The translations under genes and the position numbers were made by a program. A DNA stretch of 64,000 bases from Desulfatiglandales bacterium (GTDB lineage: Bacteria > Desulfobacterota > DSM-4660 > Desulfatiglandales > HGW-15): positions 2,496,001 through 2,560,000 of the forward strand of contig CAXXJJ010000004.1 of assembly GCA_963667015.2 (NCBI GenBank), given 5' to 3'. The notes below the pieces were generated by a model. It saw only the letters and a program-made list of their open reading frames with translations. It did not search any database and was not told where the DNA came from. This document shows positions 39,728-48,631 of this stretch, one piece after another (the stretch's first letter is position 1; each line of letters starts with the position of its first letter).

Positions 39728-40798
39728 ATGGAATCGGTTGAAACAATAATAATAGGTGCCGGATTAAGCGGAATTTATGCAGCTTTTCTTTTATCACAAA
39801 AAAACAGGGAATATCTCATACTTGAGGCAAGAGACCGGACAGGCGGCAGGATAAACGGCTGCGAATATGAGGGACTTGTATCTGATATGGGACCGTCATG
39901 GTACTGGCCGGACATACATCCGAAGATCACACGGCTGATCGACGATCTGGGCCTTTCGGGCTATCAGCAGTATGAAAACGGGTTCGGCCGTTTTCAAAAC
40001 CACACCGGAGACGTAAACACAGTAAGGGGTTACGCCACTGAACCTCCTTCATGGCGAATTTCAAATGGTATCCCTGCTCTCATCTCCCAGCTCTCATGCA
40101 GTATCAATGAAAAAAATATCAGACTCAGGCACCCTGTATGCAGCATTGAAAAAACAGCATCTGGCCTGCGGGTAGGTGTTGGAGATCCAGGAAGCGTTCC
40201 GCTATCCATATTTGATGCAAAAAGGGTAATCCTTGCCCTGCCCCCGCGCCTTGCCGCTTCAACTATCCTGTTCACTCCCGACCTGTCATATGAGCTTACC
40301 CAGGAAATGCTGAAGACAGGTACATGGATGGCCGGACAGGCCAAATTCTGCGCTGTATACACCGAGCCGTTCTGGAGGGACCACGGCTTCTCCGGCCAGG
40401 GCTTCAGCCAGTACGGCCCTATCGGGGAGATACATGACGGGTCAAATAATGATACTCCTCCCTATGGATTAATGGGCTTTCTTGGTTTTCCCGCGGTCAG
40501 GCGCCATAATGAAAAAGAACTTAAAACAGCAATGCTGGAACAGCTGAAGTCTATATATGGAGAACCGGCAGAAAACCCTGCGGCTTTATTCTACATGGAC
40601 TGGGCAAGGGAAAAATATACGGCCACAGAATATGATCAGCCGCCCATGATGTATCACCCTTTATACTCTCCCCCGGCCGGAAAAATATCCATATGGGACG
40701 ATACTGTCCGCTTTGCCGGAACAGAAACAGCAGAAGAACATGGCGGGTACATGGAGGGGGCAATCATTGCCGCGGAAAGGGCCGTGACTAACATATAA
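39728..40798 (+). CDS. Flavin monoamine oxidase family protein
   Basis: GAGLSG, EARDR.GGR, FAGTET and GYMEGA motifs. Confidence 0.9.
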   Translation: MESVETIIIGAGLSGIYAAFLLSQKNREYLILEARDRTGGRINGCEYEGLVSDMGPSWYWPDIHPKITRLIDDLGLSGYQQYENGFGRFQNHTGDVNTVRGYATEPPSWRISNGIPALISQLSCSINEKNIRLRHPVCSIEKTASGLRVGVGDPGSVPLSIFDAKRVILALPPRLAASTILFTPDLSYELTQEMLKTGTWMAGQAKFCAVYTEPFWRDHGFSGQGFSQYGPIGEIHDGSNNDTPPYGLMGFLGFPAVRRHNEKELKTAMLEQLKSIYGEPAENPAALFYMDWAREKYTATEYDQPPMMYHPLYSPPAGKISIWDDTVRFAGTETAEEHGGYMEGAIIAAERAVTNI

Positions 40799-41056
40799 AA
40801 CACAGAGAGGCTGCAGGAAATATTCGCATATCAAAGGCTGTATTGACAATTATTACTAAATATATCTAATTTGCTATTATAATTCCTGACCGGGTCTAAC
40901 GGGTATAATTACCTTGACACACAGATGTAATTTCCATATATCTTGTTTTTTGAAATAGTTACAGTCGTGAATTATTGTTTTTGCAGCTCTTTCCACTGAA
41001 ACGGGATTCACAGCGTTTACATTTTAAAAAGCTTCAAATAAAAGGAGATTAAAAAT

Positions 41057-42064
41057 ATGCTGACGAAAAGACAAAATCTATTAGAAACCATCAAAGGCGG
41101 AAATCCTGACAGGTTTGTCAACCAGTACGAGGCCCTCGTTTGCCAGGACACCATGTTCGGTATGATCATGGGTGACCCGGTTATTGCTGGCAATCCGTCT
41201 ATTTTTCCCGGAGGTCAGATTGTAAATGGCTGGGGCGTTACGATTTCATGGCCGGAAGGACTTCCCGGTCCTTTTCCCGTCCACGATGAAGAGCACAAGG
41301 TTATCAAGGATATCACAAAATGGAAAGATGTTGTTAAGGCCCCGAGACTTGATTATCCCGCATCAGACTGGGATCAGTACAAACCGGGTATAGAGGCTAT
41401 TGACAGGAACGAAGTGTTTGCAACAGTCTTTATTGCCCCCGGCATCTTTGAGCAGACCCATTACCTCATGGGTGTGGATACCGCCTGTATGAACCTGATG
41501 ATGGAACCCGAAGCAATGAAGGAACTGATCGATTACATCACAGAATGGGAACTCGGCTACGCCGCACTGCTTTGTGAACATTTCAAACCTGATTGCATCT
41601 TCCATCATGATGACTGGGGCAGCCATAATTCATCATTTATGTCACCTGACATGTTTGGCGAATTCTTTGTACCTTCATATAAGAAGATTTACGGCTACTA
41701 CAGGGAGCATGGTGTTGAACTCATAGTTCATCACAGCGATGCATACGGCGCAAATCTTGTACCCCACATGATTGACATGGGAATCGATATATGGCAGGGA
41801 TGCGTTACAACAAACAATACCCCCGAACTTGTAAAGAAATACGGCGGACAGATCTCCTTTATGGGCGACATCGATAACGGCGTTGTTGACCGTGAAAACT
41901 GGACAAGAGAGACTATCGCAAAGGAAGTAAGAAGGGCCTGCGAAACAAACGGCACAAAGTACTTCATTCCAAATACAACTATGGGCGGCCCCATGAGCAC
42001 ATATCCCGGTGTTTATGAAGCTGTTTCCGAAGAAATAGACAAGATGAGCAAGGAGATGTTCTAA
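41057..42064 (+). CDS. Uroporphyrinogen decarboxylase/MtaA-CmuA methyltransferase family protein
   Basis: GWGVT, HDDWG, HHSD and FMGDID motifs. Confidence 0.85.
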   Translation: MLTKRQNLLETIKGGNPDRFVNQYEALVCQDTMFGMIMGDPVIAGNPSIFPGGQIVNGWGVTISWPEGLPGPFPVHDEEHKVIKDITKWKDVVKAPRLDYPASDWDQYKPGIEAIDRNEVFATVFIAPGIFEQTHYLMGVDTACMNLMMEPEAMKELIDYITEWELGYAALLCEHFKPDCIFHHDDWGSHNSSFMSPDMFGEFFVPSYKKIYGYYREHGVELIVHHSDAYGANLVPHMIDMGIDIWQGCVTTNNTPELVKKYGGQISFMGDIDNGVVDRENWTRETIAKEVRRACETNGTKYFIPNTTMGGPMSTYPGVYEAVSEEIDKMSKEMF

Positions 42065-42096
42065 TCAGTCTCATCTGACTCCAATCAGTAAATAAA

Positions 42097-42129
42097 GACC
42101 AGGTTTTATAAAAAACCTGGTCTTTTTTA
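42097..42129 (+). terminator. Intrinsic terminator
   Basis: gaccaggtttt ataa aaaacctggtc followed by a T tract. Confidence 0.8.
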
Positions 42130-42271
42130 TTATATTCGCTGTTATTTTTCTGTTAAATCATACTATACGTTTGCATTATTAACATTTATACTTCAATTAT
42201 ATTCTTACAGGGGCTACTCTCAAGCGAGGAGTATAAATCGACAGATAATAAAAAAGGAGATAATAATATAG

Positions 42272-43293
42272 ATGGATATTCATGAGATTTTGAGGATATT
42301 CATGAGATTTTAAAAAAAACAAAATCAGGGGAAATCCTGTCCCATAGCGAACTCGTCTACCTGCTCGATCTGGCACCCGACTCGCTTGAGAGTTATATAG
42401 TAATGGCCGAGGCCGCCCGTATCTCAAAGGAACTATCCGCTGGAAAGGCCGAGGTGCATGCCCAGTTTGCAGTCAATCTTGCGCCTTGCGCCTGTGAATG
42501 TCTTTTCTGCTCATTTGCAAAGGTTAATAAAATCTTCAGCCAGGCAACGGAACTGACTCCCGATGAGGCAGTTGACTATGCCCTAAGGTTTGAAAAAGAT
42601 GGAGCAAACGCCGTCTTTATGATGACAACGGCCAAATATCCCTTCGGGCGTTTCCTTGAAATATCAAAGGAGGTCAGGCAGAATTTAAAACCCGAAACAA
42701 TTATGATCGCCAATGTTGGAGACCAGGACATTGATAATGCATTCAAACTCAGGGATGCCGGTTTTACAGGGGTATATCATGCGGTTCGCCTGCGTGAAGG
42801 TGTTGATACCGGACTTCCGGTTGAACAGAGGATAAAAAGCATCAATAATTTCAGGGAAGCCGGTCTGAGTATAGGCACATGCGTTGAGCCGGTAGGACCC
42901 GAACATACCAGTGAAGAGCTCGCAGACATGATAGAGCTTACAGCATCCTTTGAACCGGCATTCAGCGGTGCGGCAAGGAGAATCACAATACCGGGTACAG
43001 AAATTGCCAAAAGGGGCATGATAAACGAGATGAGAATGGCCCAGATAGTGGCGGTTACAAGGCTTGGGATGCCGAGGACGGTAATGGGAAACTGCACACA
43101 TGAACCCTGTACCCTTGGTGCTGCCGGAGGGGCAAATCTCTTCTGGGCAGAGGTAGGGGCAAACCCAAGGGACACAGAGGAAAAGACCGAAGAAGGAAGA
43201 GGGGAGACAGTAGAAAGCTGCCGGAATATTTACAGAGAAAGCCAGTGGGATGTATGGGATGGCCCGTCGCGTTTTTATTCGCATTTACCATAA
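42272..43293 (+). pseudogene. Radical SAM protein (BioB-like) frameshifted by a 20-bp tandem duplication at the start
   Basis: CACECLFC (CxxxCxxC); RBS-linked ATG 42272 is out of frame because ggatattcatgagatttt repeats at 42274 and 42294. Confidence 0.7.
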
Positions 43294-43316
43294 TAACCTG
43301 AGATGAAGGTGCCCTG

Positions 43317-43709
43317 ATGAAAAAAATACTGATCTTTTTTGCGGCAGGATGTCTTGGCGGACTCATGAACAGCCTGGCAGTGTGGTTAATCGGTGATCTT
43401 GGGATTGCAAAATCACTCGGAGTACTGATAAAGCCAGCGTTAACACCTGCCTGGTTATACCCCAGAATTGTATGGGGCGGTATATGGGGGTTTGCATTTC
43501 TGATACCTATAATGAAATCCAGGGCATTTACAAAGGGAACGTTTATAAGCCTGTTTCCAACCCTTGTACAACTGTTTATTGTATTTCCATATAAAGCAGG
43601 TAAAGGCATGGCAGGCCTTGACCTGGGCCTTCTTACTCCTGTCTTTGTGCTGGTTTACAACTGGGTATGGGGAGTAGTTACAGCCCTGACCATAAAATTT
43701 TCAAGGTAA
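43317..43709 (+). CDS. Hypothetical membrane protein
   Basis: Four hydrophobic segments; WLYPRIVWGGIWG. Confidence 0.75.
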   Translation: MKKILIFFAAGCLGGLMNSLAVWLIGDLGIAKSLGVLIKPALTPAWLYPRIVWGGIWGFAFLIPIMKSRAFTKGTFISLFPTLVQLFIVFPYKAGKGMAGLDLGLLTPVFVLVYNWVWGVVTALTIKFSR

Positions 43710-43721
43710 GGAGTATACAAA

Positions 43722-44435
43722 ATGAAGAAAATATCAGTTATTAGTTTTTTTATCTTACTGTTTATTTCCGCTGCAACAGCACAGGCCATTGACACAGAGA
43801 TCCCGCATGTGACTGTTTTTGGAACCGCAGTCAAAGAAGTCGTCCCCGATAAAATGCTGTGGAGTGTTCAGGTAATGAACAAGGATCAACTGCTGGAGGA
43901 TGTGACAAAAAAGCACATAGATATTGTAGAAAGGGTCACTGCCCTCCTGAACAGCGAAGGCATTAAAGAAGATCTCCAGACCACACGCATGGAATTCGGA
44001 GAAAACTGGAACTACCGAAACGGGAACAGGCTGAAGGAAGGGTATTTTGCCAGAACATTCATAGCCTTTTCCATGACAGACTTTTTAAAATATAAAAAAA
44101 TCTGGCTCGGGCTTGCGGCTATAAATGATGTAAGTGTACAAAATGTCGGCTATGATCATACAGACAGGATCAATATCCAGAATGAAACAAGGGTCAAAGC
44201 GCTTCATGAGGCAAAGAAAAAAGCTGCAATACTGGCAGAAAGCATTGGAAGCAGAATAGCAGAACCCATTGTTATTGAAGAGGAGTGGGGCGGGGATGAT
44301 GTTGTCATGAACAATGTAAGAATGAAACAGGCGGCAACCTTTGACGCACAAGGTGAATCATCCGTATCACCCGGCTTGATTTCCATACGTATGAGGCTCA
44401 AGGCATCATTCAGGCTGGTTACACCGGCTGAATAA
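43722..44435 (+). CDS. SIMPL (DUF541) periplasmic protein
   Basis: Signal peptide; V.V.G...V.PD and A...AKKKA..LA...G motifs. Confidence 0.85.
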   Translation: MKKISVISFFILLFISAATAQAIDTEIPHVTVFGTAVKEVVPDKMLWSVQVMNKDQLLEDVTKKHIDIVERVTALLNSEGIKEDLQTTRMEFGENWNYRNGNRLKEGYFARTFIAFSMTDFLKYKKIWLGLAAINDVSVQNVGYDHTDRINIQNETRVKALHEAKKKAAILAESIGSRIAEPIVIEEEWGGDDVVMNNVRMKQAATFDAQGESSVSPGLISIRMRLKASFRLVTPAE

Positions 44436-44534
44436 GCTTACCAATTCTGGAAAGGAAGAGAACCTAAAGTTCATAACATTGACCCTGAACCTCTATCAAT
44501 AGTTACTTTTTCATTTATTGTTTTAGGCTTAATT

Positions 44535-44768
44535 TTGAATTTCCATAAGAAAAATAGGCATGCTTTATTCCCTGCCACACGCTCTTCTGCTGATAAGATG
44601 GCAAAGGCAAATAGTTTCGATACATTTGTTGAGCATTGGCAAAACTATCTGTTTCGTATTGAAAGATCCTGGGAGAACATTGACAGGCTTCTGAAAAATC
44701 AAAAAGGTTACCAGCAATGGATCAAATCATATAAGAAACTAAGGGAAAAAGATCCATTATTAATTTAA
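44535..44768 (+). pseudogene. Probable gene fragment, unknown function
   Basis: Short protein-like ORF without a clear RBS, ending next to a TA locus. Confidence 0.3.
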
Positions 44769-44780
44769 TTCCTGCGAAGT

Positions 44781-45047
44781 TTATCGAGAAACCCGTTTTT
44801 TGACCGATTCGGTAGAAAGTTTTGCTGGGGGTATCGTTTTCTTTGCGATGTCAATAAGAGAAAGGAGTGCATCATTCACTGCTTCCTCATTCGGAAAAGC
44901 CTGTGCAACCTCCGGATTGAGCACAACAATATTGGATGACTCTTTCAAGCGTTTTGCATACTTGCCTCGCACAAAGCCATCAGGGAAATCAGAGCGTTTA
45001 TACTCTGGTCGGAGTTCGTCTTTATCGATTTTTTTATCCTTCTTCAT
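44781..45047 (-). CDS. BrnA-like antitoxin
   Basis: DELRPEY...RGKY...L.PEVA..FP..EAVN.AL; follows BrnT. Confidence 0.75.
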   Translation of the reverse strand: MKKDKKIDKDELRPEYKRSDFPDGFVRGKYAKRLKESSNIVVLNPEVAQAFPNEEAVNDALLSLIDIAKKTIPPAKLSTESVKKRVSR

Positions 45048-45306
45048 AAAGTTCTCTTTCTCCTTTACTCGCTTTACGAGCGCTTATAAGCCTTATAGTT
45101 TCTCCTTCGGCAGTATGACTTACTACGAGTAGTCTGCTTCTTGCAGACACCCCAAATGTGATATATCGATCTTCATAATCTGAATGATCCGGATCAGCAC
45201 CTGTTATAGCCATGGGATCACTCAGGGCAGTTGCAGCTTCTTCAAACGCAACCTCATGTTTCTTAAGATTTATTCTCGCCTTTTTAGGGTCCCACTCAAT
45301 TTTCAT
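45034..45306 (-). CDS. brnT: BrnT family toxin
   Basis: EWD..K...N..KH...F.EA, DPDHS..E.R and IRLISARKA motifs. Confidence 0.92.
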   Translation of the reverse strand: MKIEWDPKKARINLKKHEVAFEEAATALSDPMAITGADPDHSDYEDRYITFGVSARSRLLVVSHTAEGETIRLISARKASKGERELYEEG

Positions 45307-45659
45307 GCCCTGGATTATACCATCTTCCTTCATTTTTTCCAGAAGTTTTACAGCTATACAGAACCCCTGGGCGAGTTGCCTGGAAAATCGTTCATTAAGA
45401 AGAAGCTGGGCAAAAAATCGGATATTTCAGATGAGATAATACACCCATCCTATAAATTTATAGGATTTGAAACAACAGAGATAAGATCAGTTTTAAAATT
45501 ATAAAATGTAGCAGGAAAATTAATATATAACTATGTAATGAGCTAACCGGAGACCCGTTGCCTCAATACTTACAGAAAGCATCTTTATATTTCCGGAACT
45601 TGACATAAAATATACGCTGGCATATTCTATAGCCTATGCTTTAAAAAAAGGAGTTAAAA

Positions 45660-45902
45660 ATGATTGAGCTACAAAAACATGTGCGTTTGTTTCGTAATGG
45701 GCGAAATCAGGCTGTTCGAATTCCCAAGGAATTCGAGTTCGACTGTGACGAGGCCATCATGAGAAAAGAAGGTAAAAAGCTAATTTTGGAACCGGTTAAA
45801 AAGAAAGGTTTATTGTCAGTTCTGGAAGAACTTGAGCCTTTGGATGTTGATTTTCCTGATATTGATAAAAATCTTCTCCCGCTGGATGATGTTCAACTAT
45901 GA
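45660..45902 (+). CDS. vapB: AbrB/MazE-type VapB antitoxin
   Basis: LFRNGRNQAVRIPKEFEF motif. Confidence 0.92.
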   Translation: MIELQKHVRLFRNGRNQAVRIPKEFEFDCDEAIMRKEGKKLILEPVKKKGLLSVLEELEPLDVDFPDIDKNLLPLDDVQL

Positions 45903-46312
45903 CTCTCAAACCTCAGTATCTTCTGGATACAAATATTATCTCCGAAATGGTGCTAAATCCCCAGGGTAAATTAAAAAACATAATAGCAGAAAAAGGTGAA
46001 GATTCTGTCTGCACAAGTATAATTGTATCCAGTGAGTTACGCTTTGGTGCTGAAAAAAAAGGATCAGAGCGACTGCGCTTTCAATTAGAGGCCATACTAT
46101 CAACAATTGAAATACTGCCCTTTCAGGAACCGGCCGATATACATTATGCAAATTTACGCACAACACTGGAAAAAAAGGGGACTCCAATAGGCCCGAATGA
46201 TTTGCTGATAGCAGCCCATACCGCTTCTCTGGGACTCGTACTTGTAACTGCTAACTTTAGGGAATTCAGCCAGGTACCCGGTCTTGCGGTTGAAAATTGG
46301 CTGGATGGATAA
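45899..46312 (+). CDS. vapC: VapC PIN toxin
   Basis: YLLDTN, SELRFG, GTPIGPNDLLIAAH and LVTAN.REF motifs. Confidence 0.95.
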   Translation: MTLKPQYLLDTNIISEMVLNPQGKLKNIIAEKGEDSVCTSIIVSSELRFGAEKKGSERLRFQLEAILSTIEILPFQEPADIHYANLRTTLEKKGTPIGPNDLLIAAHTASLGLVLVTANFREFSQVPGLAVENWLDG

Positions 46313-46743
46313 ACATTTACCGCATAAATGAGTTGTCTTTTCGGTCTTTTTTATTATTCCATAAAAGAGCACAGGGATTTTCTCCCCTCTGCAAAGGCTT
46401 TAAAAGCCTTAATACTACGACTTTTCAGGTGTTAATAACTGTTCATGGTCGTTCCCGATGTATCCTATAAGTCAATTGAACGGATCTTTCGCTTGTCTTT
46501 GGATCTGCGGAATGGTATGAGTGGATTGAGGATATCATACAAATTCAGAGTTCGCTCATGACCTTCTTTGTCTTTATATTTCCGCCTTCCAATCTCAAGA
46601 TCTCCTTTATTAAGAAATAGAAGTTTAAAGAAATCTCCAGCGAGTTTTACTGCTTTAAACCTATCGAAAAATATAAAATGTGTCAGGGCAGTGCTATATC
46701 AAAATATGAATAGTAACCCGTTATCCGGTGTTTTCCATTTCTA

Positions 46744-46891
46744 TTGACTTTACCGGACAATAAAAATATGTTGGGATAGTAAAAAAAAATAGCATGAAGC
46801 TGATCAATTAATTTAAATAGAACTTTTTTTGAATTTTCAAGGCCATGAAGGTCTGCCCCATCTCAGGGTGCGGATTTCATGGCCTTTTTTT
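46744..46891 (+). promoter_or_regulatory. Sigma70-like promoter + dual-hairpin attenuator leader, copy A
   Basis: TTGACT-N17-TATGTT; AGC-ATGAA-GCT; GGCC-ATGAA-GGTC overlapping the terminator ...TTCATGGCC-T7. Confidence 0.75.
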
Positions 46892-46934
46892 ATTACATCC
46901 GAAACACAATAAAACTGGATATGGAGGATTGATT

Positions 46935-47780
46935 ATGGAATTGCGGAAGGATATGGAAAGACTCTGTTCATTGACGAAAACACCGAGGGGCTGGTATGTG
47001 CTCTATCAGGGTACCTATATGACCCCCAATATTTTTAATCTCCATGAAAAAGGATTGTTTACGTTCAGGCCACGCATTGCAGTGGAATTGGGCGCACGCC
47101 TGCTGGTGAATGAACAAAAGGGTGTTGCAATCCAGTATATGTATCTTGTGGATTCAAATATTGTTAATGAAAAAACCGGTGAAAGATACCTTTCAAAGGT
47201 GGAAAGAGGCTTATTTCCTCTGCCTGAGGATCTGAAGCTGGATGAATTAAAACTGCTAGAGAAGGTGACCGAAAAGACAGTCAGGGGAGAAATCATCAGG
47301 GTCTATAATGAATGGATTTCAACTTTTTCAGAAGAAAAGAGTAATAAGGTGAATATAGCAGATATAAAAAAAGAACTATCATCCATTGTAGAGAAGGGAA
47401 AGAAATTTTATCAGGAATGGCTTGTAAAAAATAACAGTCCCTGGATACTTCCCTCTCTTCCAAGAATGATGCATGATTTCAGATATGGAATTTTTAAGCG
47501 GGTTGGAGATGAACTGTATAAAAACTACAGGGAAATGGGTGGAAACAATACTGAAGAGGACCTTATGAAAAAGATAAACCTGTTTTCACGAATATATGAG
47601 GGAGAGGGACTGATTAAACCGGAGGGCTCTCTATGGAATGACGAGGATGAGATATGGGACTGCTGGATTGCCTTTTCAGGCTCAGAGGAAGAAGCAAAAA
47701 TAATTTGTCTAACTATGGAAAAGGTGCTGATCCCCCTAAAAGAAGAATTGAGAGAAGAAGTCGACATTGACACTGTATAA
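46935..47780 (+). CDS. Hypothetical protein
   Basis: ~281-aa ORF with GGAGG RBS; no family recognised. Confidence 0.75.
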   Translation: MELRKDMERLCSLTKTPRGWYVLYQGTYMTPNIFNLHEKGLFTFRPRIAVELGARLLVNEQKGVAIQYMYLVDSNIVNEKTGERYLSKVERGLFPLPEDLKLDELKLLEKVTEKTVRGEIIRVYNEWISTFSEEKSNKVNIADIKKELSSIVEKGKKFYQEWLVKNNSPWILPSLPRMMHDFRYGIFKRVGDELYKNYREMGGNNTEEDLMKKINLFSRIYEGEGLIKPEGSLWNDEDEIWDCWIAFSGSEEEAKIICLTMEKVLIPLKEELREEVDIDTV

Positions 47781-47785
47781 ATAAT

Positions 47786-48397
47786 ATGGAAACAACTATT
47801 TTTGAAACCCATTATAAAGAATATTGCAGGCAAATTGCTGAACTAGATCTTTCTTCTAAAAAAGATACACTTGGTATAGAGATAGTAGATCAAAAGGCTG
47901 TTATCTCCTTTTTTGGTGAGGAGTATATTGTTTCAGGTGAAGGAATTTCAGATAGTTCAGGTAACCTCCCGGATTATGGGATTTGCGTAATTCTCTCCAA
48001 GTACCTGTTGCTATGCTTCGCAACTCCTGTTGTAAATAACGAGTGGTCGGCGCTAAAGGATTTTCATAAGATGTCCCAGTTTACAAACCTAAATGTCTTT
48101 ATCAGTGATGCGGAACGTCCCATTATTGAAAGATTTTCAGGTCGAATTGATGCATTAAGAAATGCCTCTCAAAAGCTTGGCGGAGTGTCCTGCGAACTAA
48201 GTTCATCCTATGATCTTGCCATGCAATTTAAGGCCTTACCCAAAATAGATATTTTGCTGCTTTTTAATGATGGAGATGATGAGTTTCCAGCTGCTTGTTC
48301 CATTTTGTTTCAAAAACATGCCGAGGAGTATCTGGACCCTGAATCGCTCATAATGACTGGAATAGCCCTCACAAAACGATTAAAGATTCATGATTGA
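47786..48397 (+). CDS. DUF3786 family protein
   Basis: LGG...D....F.ALP.I.......GDDEFPA....LF...A..YL..E pattern. Confidence 0.8.
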   Translation: METTIFETHYKEYCRQIAELDLSSKKDTLGIEIVDQKAVISFFGEEYIVSGEGISDSSGNLPDYGICVILSKYLLLCFATPVVNNEWSALKDFHKMSQFTNLNVFISDAERPIIERFSGRIDALRNASQKLGGVSCELSSSYDLAMQFKALPKIDILLLFNDGDDEFPAACSILFQKHAEEYLDPESLIMTGIALTKRLKIHD

Positions 48398-48615
48398 CAA
48401 TGACCGCCAGTTAAGATAGTAAATATTGAGAAAATAGGTAGCTGAAGCTGCTGAATATTTGTTTAGGAATTAAACATAAATTTGTAAAACAGATATAAAA
48501 AAGCATAACAATACAGGCAGTTACCGCAATTAACAGCGGTGATTCTAAAAATAATTTTAAGGCCACGAAGGTCTATATTTCTACAGTAGAAATGTATCTT
48601 CGTGGCTTTTTTTTT
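48394..48615 (+). promoter_or_regulatory. Promoter + dual-hairpin attenuator leader, copy B
   Basis: TTGACA at 48394; GTAGC-TGAA-GCTGC; GGCC-ACGAA-GGTC ... CTTCGTGGC-T9. Confidence 0.75.
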
Positions 48616-48631
48616 AATAGGAGGATTTGAT

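Noticed and set aside
46380..46670. Protein-like minus-strand fragment
   Set aside because: No start codon or recognisable family, and it is interrupted by stops
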